The notes under the pieces are model-generated. The model was not told the DNA's origin and ran no database searches. It saw nothing but the letters and a program-made list of their open reading frames with translations. This document shows, one piece after another, positions 1 to 7,396 of a DNA stretch of 9,000 bases. The stretch is from Octopus sinensis (Eukaryota): assembly GCF_006345805.1 (NCBI RefSeq), contig NW_021828248.1, positions 1 to 9,000 of the forward strand. Direction: 5' to 3'. Made by a program: the position numbers and the translations under genes. The stretch's first letter is position 1, and the number at the start of each line of letters is the position of its first letter.

Positions 1-196
1 CCATTGTCTCCCCTGATACAAGACATTCAGTAAGTTTCCCTCCACAACAAATACCTTGTACAACAACGGCAGTCTAATAAAGTATCTCGTATCGTTAACA
101 CGTTTTTTTCAGTCTCTCTCATTTTCTTAATCTTTCCTACTAAGTACTCACTACTTCCTTTAATCCTCTATACATTATATATATAGAACAACAACA
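1..196 (+). repeat. 5' LTR (partial, runs off the window start)
   Basis: Aligns to 4297-4492 with 7 substitutions and 2 single-base indels; ends ...ACAACA at 196; AATAAA at 76-81. Confidence 0.96.
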
Positions 197-207
197 TGGT
201 GTCAGAA
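197..207 (+). promoter_or_regulatory. Primer binding site, complementary to a tRNA 3' end (tRNA-Leu type)
   Basis: TGGTGTCAGAA begins immediately after the LTR-terminal CA; it is the reverse complement of ...TTCTGACACCA, the 3' end of metazoan tRNA-Leu(CAA). Confidence 0.85.
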
Positions 208-274
208 TACTAAAAGAACCCAAAATACAGAAACCAAAAGAAAAAAGAAGTTGAGATCATACTTCATAGACGAA

Positions 275-1140
275 ATGGAAAATTTACCGCATCCAAAAGA
301 CCTAGACTTTAATCAGGAAAATCTAGCCGCAGCATGGAAAAAAAGAATTCAATCTCTTTTTGATAGCAAAAGAAAGTGACATGAAGCCAGACAAAGTAAA
401 AACTTCAATGTTTTTAACTTGCATCGGTTCCAAAGGCCGTGACATCCATTCCACTCTGGATTTCGATTCACCCGACGAAGAAATGAACCTTCAAACAGTA
501 ATCGAAAAATTCGATGCATATTGTGAACCTAGGAAAAACATAACTTTCCTGAGACACAAATTCTTCACATGTGGACAAGCGGAACATCAAAAATTCGATG
601 AGTACGTGGTAGAGTTGCGCCAAAAGGCACAACAGTGCGAATTCGGCAACCTCACTGACAGTCTCACCAAAGATATTCTGATATGTGAAATCAGACATGA
701 GATTAAGAGAAAGATTATTGAGAGAACCAAATTTAGACCTACAAAAAACAATTCAAGCAGGTCAGAGTGCAGAGCAAACACGACTCCAATCAAGGATGCT
801 AAATGCCACATCCGAAACAAGAGATAACGAAATCTCGAGGGTATATAGTCAACACGACAGAAAAGGCGCCAAAACTCAAATAACTCGCCATATGCAATCC
901 AGACATCAAAACGAACAAGGCGGAAGTGACAGAAAGCCCGCGAAGTTTCAAGCGCCAAATCAACACACGTCACTAACTGTCACTATTGTGGTTATAATCA
1001 CAAAGAAATAAATGCCCAGCATTTCACAAGACATGTGAAAAATGCAAGAAACAAGGACACTATGCAAAAATGTGCAAATCAAGAAAATTTGTACATAAAG
1101 TAGAGATACATACCGACGATGAATCAGATGACGATACACA
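275..1140 (+). pseudogene. gag: gag, frameshifted
   Basis: ATG 275 gives MENLPHPKDLDFNQENLAAAWKK; after a shift near 341 it continues EFNLFLIAKESD...FLTCIG...FDAYCEPRKNITFLRHKFF...ELRQKAQQCEFGNLTDSL; after a shift near 690 it continues DMRLRERLLREPNLDLQK. Further shifts at ~930-975 and ~1003. Confidence 0.88.
978..1075 (+). other. Two tandem Gag zinc knuckles, CX2CX3HX4C and CX2CX4HX4C
   Basis: CHYCGYNH(K)RNKC-PAFHKT-CEKCKKQGHYAKMC, read by restoring one A at 1002-1004. Missed by the ORF track. Confidence 0.88.
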
Positions 1141-1212
1141 TGCACTCGAAATGATCACTGCAAAAATTCCCGCGTGCACAAAATCGAAAAGTTCAAGACT
1201 CCAAAAGACATT

Positions 1213-1500
1213 GGGACGGTCGAACTAAAAGTGAACAACTCGAATATAACATTCAAATTGATACTGGAGCAGACGTAACCGTACTGCCATTCAGAGAATA
1301 TAGAAATATAATTCCAAAACCACAACTGCAAAAAACCCCAACTCGATTATCAGCTTACAATAACACAGCTATAAAAGTGCTAGGAAAATGCACAGCAGTC
1401 ATTAAATACAAAGAATTATCAAAACAAATAAAATTCATTGTTGCAAAAACAAACTCGCACGCAGTTATAGATGCAAAGACAGCTAAAGATCTGAACCTAT
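1213..1500 (+). pseudogene. pol: pol: aspartic protease domain, frameshifted
   Basis: TVELKVNNSNITFK(L)-DTGADVTVLP...LSAYNNTAIKVLGKC...VIDAKTAKDLNL; DTGAD at 1260-1274 follows a 1-nt deletion at ~1259. Confidence 0.88.
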
Positions 1501-1716
1501 TCAGAGAATTTCAAAAATAAACTCGTCGAACACAAACGACATAATAGAAAAATATGAAGACTGTTTCGGAGAAATCGGCACTTTGTCAATAACACATCAT
1601 ATCACAGTGGATCCACAAATAACTCCTGTAATTCATCTACCAAGATCGGTTCCTTTTTCTATAAAAGAAAAACTCAACAAAGAATTAAAAAGAATGACAG
1701 AATTAGGTATCATAAA

Positions 1717-2885
1717 CCTGTTAGTGAACCTACAGACTGGGTAAATTCCCTAGTCATCGTTGAAAAAGCCAACGGAAAACTCCGACTCTGTTTAGACCCC
1801 AAGAATCTAAACAAAGCCATAAAAAGGCAACATTTCAAACTCCCTACAGCGGAGGACATTTTTGCACAAATGCATAACCCTAAATATTTTTCGAAACTCG
1901 ATGCATCTAATGGATACAGGCAAATTCCAGTTGACGAAGAAAGCTCCCATGTGTTAACGTTCAACACACCTTTTGGAAGGTATCACTTCACACGACTACC
2001 CTTTGGAATTCACAGCGCCAGTGAAGTTTTCCAAAAAGAAATTGCAAAAATAATAGAGGGCATAGAAGGAGCAAGAAATTCACAGGATGACATCATAATC
2101 TGGTCCAGCACTTTAGAAGAACACACAAATAGACTACAACAAGTTTTCGATCGAATCCGAAAGCACGGATTAAAATTAAATAAATCAAAGTGCATCTTCT
2201 ATGAATCACAAATCAAGTACCTTGGGCATCTATTAACCAGCGAAGGGATAAAACAAGATCCAACCAAAGTACAAGCAATCATTCACATGCCACTGCCAAC
2301 AAGTAAAAAGGAATTACAAAGATTCCTAGGTATGACAAATTACCTATGTAAATTTTTATCTAATTACTCCGAAGTTACAGCACCATTACGCCAGCTTCTA
2401 CAGAGTGACACGTTATGGTCATTCAACAAACTACAAATCGAAGCAATAAAAAAGCTAAAAGAAATGATTACCAGAAAACCAGTGCTACAATTTAATAATC
2501 CAGATCTACCAATAAAAATAACTACAGATGCTAGTAAGCATGGGCTCGGAGCGATACTTGAGCAGAAACACAACGAAAGATGGCTACCTGTTTCGTTTGC
2601 ATCTCGTGCAACAACTCAAGCGGAACAAAACTACTGTCCGATAGAGAGCGAAGCTCTCAGTATAGTTTTCGCATGCAAGAAATTTCATCAGTTTATATAC
2701 GGAACTCATTTCAGAATCGAAAATGACCATAAACCGTTGAAGCAAATATTCAAAAAATCGATCACTAAATGCCCCCCCCAGAATCCAAAGATTTCTACTA
2801 ACATAACAAAGATATGATTTTGACCTAAACCACATACCTGGTAAAGAATCAATTGTTGCAGATACCCTATCACGTGCATACCTTG
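1717..2885 (+). pseudogene. pol: pol: reverse transcriptase and RNase H
   Basis: PVSEPTDWVNSLVIVEKANGKLRLCLDPKNLNKAI...FSKLDASNGY...LPFGIHSASEVFQ...SQDD (2080-2091)...YLGH; RNase H TDAS (D 2527), ESE (E 2650), NDHKPL (D 2725), ADTLSR (D 2861). +1 shift in the C8 run 2772-2779 and in-frame TAA at 2804-2806. Confidence 0.95.
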
Positions 2886-2917
2886 AGCAAAATACTCCAG
2901 AAGTATCAGACGAAGAT

Positions 2918-4204
2918 ATGAAATCGCACATACACGCAGTAATAAAAAATTACCCCATAACCGACACGAAATTAAACCAGTATAAAGAAGCCACTGCAGA
3001 CGACCCGTCACTACAGACACTCATCACATATACAAGAACAGAATGGCCCCCAAAAGACAAAATACCAATAAACATGAAACCATTCGTCTCCGTTCGTGAT
3101 GGAATATCAATCGTCAATGGTCTCGTTCTAAAAGGTTCAAGAATAATTGTACCTAAGTCATTACGTAGAGAAGCTCTACAGGAAATACATACCGGAAACA
3201 TGGGTATCGAAAAATGCATAGAGAGAGCGAAGGAATGTATATACTGGCCTGGCATTAACGCTCAAATCAAAGACATGATTAACACATGCTCATACTGCAT
3301 CGACTACAAAAACCAACAAGCAGCCGAACCACTAATAAATCATGAAATACATACTACACCATGGACCAAAGTGGGTACAGACGTATTTCACCTGTCTGGA
3401 AATTCGTATGTCACAATTATTGACTATACAACAAGATTTTTTGATCTACATGAAATAAATGATTGCCAGTCAAAAACCGTAATCAAAAAATTAAAAGAAA
3501 CTTTTGCTAAATTCGGAATTCCGCAAACAGTTGTAAGTGACAACGGTCCAGAATTCAATTCGGCTGAATTCAAAAAATTTGCAAAAAATTGGCATTTTCA
3601 TCACACGAAGACAAGCCCGCATTATCATCAAGCGAATGGCATGGTTGAGAGAAATGTACAGACAATAAAAAAAACGCTAAAACAGGCATTCAAAAGTGGC
3701 GAAGAACCTCAGTTAGCGCTCTTAGCATTACGCACGACTAAATTACAAAATGGTGCACCATCCCCTGCGAATCAAATAATGAATAGAACATTGCGAACAA
3801 ATCTCCCAAACTTACTACACGACAAAATTGGTATCAGGCCTCACGAAAAGAAGAAATCAAACATTACAACAGAACTCCCAGAGTTAAAACCACACGACAC
3901 GGTTAGAATTAAGTTTAACAACAATTGGTTTAGAAGGGGCAAAATAATTAAGAAACTAGAGCAACCTCGTTCATACTTAGTAATAACAGAGGAAGGTAAT
4001 ACAGTCAAACGAAATAGACAACATATTCTTAAAACAAACGAACACGTTCGCATAACAGAAGAATTAGATTACGAAAATATATTTCCAAAGTCAACAAACA
4101 CGCATGAAAAAACAAAAACAGCACAACTACAGAATTCAACACTACAAAATAATAAAACCACAAAAAGTGGACGACGAATAATTATTCCCTGTAGATACAG
4201 ATAA
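2918..4204 (+). pseudogene. pol: pol: integrase (HHCC, DDE core, C-terminal domain)
   Basis: H(3188)TGN...C(3287)SYC(3296); catalytic D 3380, D 3539, E 3647 with D-35-E spacing; C-terminal LPELKPHDTVRI...W...PRSYLV...RNRQHI. The second zinc His reads Asn (AAC at 3197). Confidence 0.95.
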
Positions 4205-4240
4205 AAAAAAATATATAAATAAATAAAAAATAAAAAAAAT

Positions 4241-4254
4241 AAAAAAAGGGAAGA
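4241..4254 (+). promoter_or_regulatory. Polypurine tract
   Basis: AAAAAAAGGGAAGA directly abuts the TG that starts the 3' LTR at 4255. Confidence 0.9.
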
Positions 4255-4492
4255 TGTTATGTAATCATCACAACAAACATGAACAATCAACGTTGCCCAT
4301 TGTCTCCCTTGATAGAAGGACATTCAGTAAGTTTCCCGCCACAACAAATACCTTGTACAACAACGGCAGTCGAATAAAGTATCTCGTATCGTTAACACGT
4401 TTTTTCAGTCTCTCTCATTTTCTTAATCTTTCATACTAAGTACTCACTACTTCCTTTAATACTCTATACATTATATATATATAACAACAACA
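4255..4492 (+). repeat. 3' LTR, 238 bp, TG...CA
   Basis: Starts TGTT (4255), ends AACA (4492), so the termini are inverted; matches 1-196 from position 4297; AATAAA at 4373-4378. Confidence 0.96.
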
Positions 4493-4559
4493 ATGGCTAG
4501 TACACCTTACGTTGTCGAGCGGTTACTGTTTATATCTCGTTCAGAGATTTATTATTGCT
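4493..4559 (+). repeat. Direct repeat copy 1 (67 bp)
   Basis: ATGGCTAGTACACCTTACGTTGTCGAGCGGTTA...GATTTATTATTGCT; 4 mismatches and no gaps versus 4848-4914. Confidence 0.95.
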
Positions 4560-4645
4560 TTCAGACAGTTTTTCTAAATCAGTGACAGTGGTTGCTGCTT
4601 AAAACGTTAAATATTATTTGCAAGGGGTCTCCTTCATCGAAAACC

Positions 4646-4706
4646 GGTGCTTACCATGCGTTGACGAGAGGCAATTACCTTGAAACTATAGTCCGTATGT
4701 AGTACT
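4646..4706 (+). ncRNA. Type I minimal hammerhead ribozyme with a C3U core change
   Basis: Stem I 4646-4660 pairs with 4694-4706; core TTGACGA 4661-4667; stem II GAGG-caatta-CCTT 4668-4681; GAAA 4682-4685; short stem III C-TATA-G; GTC triplet 4691-4693, predicted cleavage after 4693. Confidence 0.82.
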
Positions 4707-4847
4707 TAGGTTTTCGAGGGAGGATGACCTCCCTTTGCAAATAACACAAGGGCACTGAGATTGTGTCTAAAGTCCATCTGGTGACGTTGATCGCCTGGGG
4801 CTAAAAGCATCAGTAATACCCCACCCCCAGTGGCTAACCACATTCAG

Positions 4848-4912
4848 ATTGCTAGTACACCTTACGTTGTCGAGCGGTTATTATTTACATCTCGTTCAGA
4901 GATTTATTATTG

Positions 4913-4914
<2 letters not shown>
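4848..4914 (+). repeat. Direct repeat copy 2 (67 bp)
   Basis: Matches 4493-4559 and ends at a (TA)n tract. Confidence 0.95.

Positions 4915-4915
<1 letters not shown>

Positions 4916-4947
<32 letters not shown>
4916..4947. repeat. (TA)n microsatellite
   Basis: Pure TA dinucleotide run. Confidence 0.97.
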
Positions 4948-4948
<1 letters not shown>

Positions 4949-4950
<2 letters not shown>

Positions 4951-4995
4951 GCCACACATGAGCTGAAACTAGAATCAATCGATCATCAACCAATC
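4949..4995 (+). mobile_element. Short SINE/LINE 3'-tail fragment with a degenerate (AATC)n tail
   Basis: TGGCCACA---CATGAGCTGAAACTAGA aligns with 5475-5502 (15 nt identical) and is followed by AATC-like repeats. Confidence 0.5.
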
Positions 4996-5021
4996 ATATA
5001 TGTATATATATGTATAATATG

Positions 5022-5073
<52 letters not shown>

Positions 5074-5459
5074 TGTATATATATATGTTATATATATATG
5101 TATATATGTATATATATATGTATATATATATATATATATATACACCATACATAATTATATATATTATATATATACATAACATATATATATAATAAATATA
5201 CATATACATATATATATATATACATATACATATATATATATATACATATACATATATATATATATACATATACATATATATATACATATACATATATTAT
5301 ATATACATATACATATATATACATATACATATATATACATTACATATATATACCATACATATATATACATATACATATTATATATATATATATATATATA
5401 ATATATATATTATTATAACATACATATATATAATACATACATACATTATATATATATAT
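4996..5459. repeat. Compound (TA)n/(TATG)n/(TACA)n microsatellite
   Basis: Seen directly; source of the spurious YIYI ORFs. Confidence 0.97.
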
Positions 5460-5525
5460 GGCGGTGCCCCACCATGGCCATAGCTCGTGAGCTGAAACTA
5501 GATAAAATAAAAATAAAATAAAAAA
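5460..5525 (+). mobile_element. Short SINE/LINE 3'-tail fragment with a (TAAAA)n tail
   Basis: GC-rich GGCGGTGCCCCACCATGGCCATAGCTCGTGAGCTGAAACTAGA in an AT desert, internal hairpin AGCTC-GT-GAGCT, followed by TAAAA repeats. Confidence 0.55.
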
Positions 5526-5526
5526 G

Positions 5527-5555
5527 ATATATTGTATATATGTATGTATATATAT

Positions 5556-5634
<79 letters not shown>

Positions 5635-5668
5635 CATATATATATATATATATATATGTATGTATAGT
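5527..5668. repeat. (TA)n microsatellite
   Basis: Seen directly. Confidence 0.96.
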
Positions 5669-5774
5669 ATTACTTAAACTTACCATGAAGTGTCTTTTTT
5701 CATGCCGAATTCTACTTGGTGAAATTATTGATTACTTCTTAATTAATTAATTTCACCCTTTGTTATTATTACGT

Positions 5775-5790
5775 ATGTATATATATATGT

Positions 5791-5838
<48 letters not shown>

Positions 5839-5889
5839 TATGTGTGTGTGTGTGTGTATATATATATATGTGTGTATATATATGTGTGT

Positions 5890-5922
<33 letters not shown>

Positions 5923-5943
5923 ATATATATGTACATATGTATA
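5775..5943. repeat. (TA)n/(TG)n microsatellite
   Basis: Seen directly. Confidence 0.95.
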
Positions 5944-6001
5944 TTTCGTTTAGGTATTTGGTTTGCAAGATTCTTTATATGAGTTCGTGTGTTGAAGTAT
6001 T

Positions 6002-6057
6002 TTCTGTTGTGTCTGGGGAAAGTCAATTTAGTGCCTTATTATTTAACACACTCACCA
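6002..6057 (+). repeat. Inverted repeat, left arm
   Basis: Reverse complement of 7155-7215 apart from 2 substitutions and one 5-nt indel. Confidence 0.92.
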
Positions 6058-6167
6058 GTAAAATTTCCACTTATTATTTTTATTTTCTAAAATTTTCTTT
6101 GCGCGTTGCAACCTTTTCATAGTTTTGACTCTGTCCGTTAGTTACACTGCGATCCCTTTTGTTTGTT

Positions 6168-6470
6168 TGTGCGCATGTGTGTGGGTCAGTGTGTGTGTGT
6201 GTGTGTGTGCCTATACATGCATGTACGTATGTATGTGTGTGTTTGCATGTGTTTGTATGTATATATGTGTGTGTATGCATATGTATGTATGTGTGTGTGA
6301 GCATGTGTTTGTATATATATGCACCTCTGTCTCCTTGTGTGTGCATATCTGTGTGTGTTATGTAACTATGTACCATGTTTGTATGTATGGATGTGCATCT
6401 TTGTATGTGTGGATCCGTGTCTCCATATGTGTCTGTTCATATAGTCTATATACCTATCCGTCTGTATGTT
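6168..6470. repeat. Degenerate (TG)n/(TATG)n low-complexity tract
   Basis: Seen directly; source of the spurious VCVC/THTH ORFs. Confidence 0.92.
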
Positions 6471-6655
6471 GATCTGTTTATTTACATATCTAAATGCTTA
6501 CGTACAGAAAAAAATATTAAAAAATAATAATGATTTAAAAAATGGCCTACACACACAATCACACCCACATACATACATACATACATTTATCTACCTAACA
6601 GTCCACTAACTATTCTACTCTACCTGTGTAAGCTGCGGGTATGGAGGTATGGTAT

Positions 6656-7150
6656 TTATTGTGTATATTTCTTATTTAATATTGGAGAAGTTTCATTTAT
6701 AAGGACGTACTCCCGTATTAGCCTGAGTGTTGGGTCTTTTGGGTGCTTGGATAAGATGCAGATGTCAAGTTGACCCAAGTTACCTCCATGGTGGTCTTTG
6801 GCATGTTGGTAGAGTATGGAGGACTGTTTTCCGTCGTCATATTGTCTTAGATTTATCCGTTCCCCAATGCTCCTAGCTGTCTCTCCGATGTATGTCATGT
6901 TCATGTCCTTACAAGCACCTTCTATACATCTTATGCTGTAAACTACATTTCGAGTTCTACAGTTAATACCAGGGCTAATTCTACATCCCATTCAGTTATC
7001 ATTGATGCATATGGTATTCTTAAACGGGTGCGTCCTACATAGGTTGATCTGACGGAGTTCCCTGGCTTTTCAACAATTTTAATGTTGAGTTTGGTTTCCT
7101 TCAGAGCTTTTCTAAATCTACGGATTAGTTCTCCATGGGCTGTGAGTTAA
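6656..7150 (-). mobile_element. Penelope-like retroelement fragment: RT-EN linker with Cys motif plus GIY-YIG endonuclease (pseudogene)
   Basis: Minus strand HGELIRRFRKALKETKLNIKIVEKPGNSVRST, shift near 7035, CRTHPFKNTICINDN*MGCRISPGINCRTRNVVYSIRCIEGAC...YIGETARSIGER...LYQHAKDHH...RLIREYVLINETSPILNK. The VVY/YIG motifs with CCHH residues are typical of PLE endonucleases. Confidence 0.85.
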
Positions 7151-7154
7151 ATAA

Positions 7155-7212
7155 TGGTGAGTGTGTTAAATAATAAGGCACTAAAAGAGAATGACTCTCC
7201 CCAGACACAACA

Positions 7213-7215
<3 letters not shown>
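7155..7215 (-). repeat. Inverted repeat, right arm
   Basis: TGGTGAGTGTGTTAAATAATAAGGCACTAAA...CCCCAGACACAACAGAA, complementary to 6002-6057. Confidence 0.92.

Positions 7216-7252
<37 letters not shown>
7216..7252. repeat. (TA)n microsatellite
   Basis: Pure TA run. Confidence 0.97.
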
Positions 7253-7255
<3 letters not shown>

Positions 7256-7396
7256 TAAAAATGGTAAGATTACAAAAGAAAGAAAGAGACCTCAATATTA
7301 TGTAAATAGAGGAAATTTATCTGTAAATTAATATGTTACCATTATTCAATAGCCAAGATAAAACTCTGAGTTCCGGATGCCGAAGTGGAAATCCAC

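Larger units (their letters stand above)
1..4492 (+). mobile_element. Ty3/gypsy LTR retrotransposon, Mag-like, degenerate but structurally near complete; the first ~42 bp of the 5' LTR lie outside the window
   Basis: Direct repeat 1-196 / 4297-4492, PBS directly after the 5' copy, PPT directly before the 3' copy. Domain order Gag(2x CCHC)-PR-RT-RNaseH-IN is the gypsy order. Short LTRs, Leu-type PBS, double Zn knuckle and no env or chromodomain fit the Mag group (established knowledge, clade not tested by phylogeny). Confidence 0.95.
4493..4914 (+). mobile_element. Non-coding hammerhead-bearing unit, ~355-bp period (about 1.2 copies): non-LTR retrozyme-like element or Penelope pseudo-LTR
   Basis: 67-bp direct repeat offset by 355 bp, an internal type I hammerhead motif, extensive self-complementarity, and no credible ORF. 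Confidence 0.7.

Noticed and set aside
1160-1170. Programmed -1 frameshift site between gag and pol
   Set aside because: A AAA ATT is not a canonical XXXYYYZ heptamer, and a single lost A explains the shift like the neighbouring deletions.
468-4323. Minus-strand ORFs over the gypsy element
   Set aside because: Antisense shadows of an A-rich coding strand; no motifs and no evidence of an antisense or env-like gene.
4254-4439. 61-aa ORF in the 3' LTR
   Set aside because: Its ATG spans the PPT/LTR junction and the frame is broken by indels in the 5' LTR copy.
4775-4820. Opposite-polarity hammerhead in the 355-nt unit (minus CTGATGC, plus CTGGTGA)
   Set aside because: No GAAA and no consistent stems, so an ambisense viroid-like double ribozyme is not supported.
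4493-4914. TRIM or miniature LTR element interpretation of the 67-bp repeats
   Set aside because: No TG...CA termini, PBS or PPT, and base pairing crosses the repeat boundary, which favours a tandem unit.
4959-5502. TGAGCTGAAAC as a minimal hammerhead core
   Set aside because: It lacks the CTGA start, stem II and a GTC with stem I; better explained as a retroposon 3' tail.
4849-6472. ORFs rich in YI, VC and TH repeats (4849-5154, 4994-5293, 5088-5330, 5164-5376, 5498-5686, 5760-6122, 6080-6376, 6125-6472, 6159-6365)
   Set aside because: They are translations of TA, TG and CA microsatellites that happen to lack stop codons.
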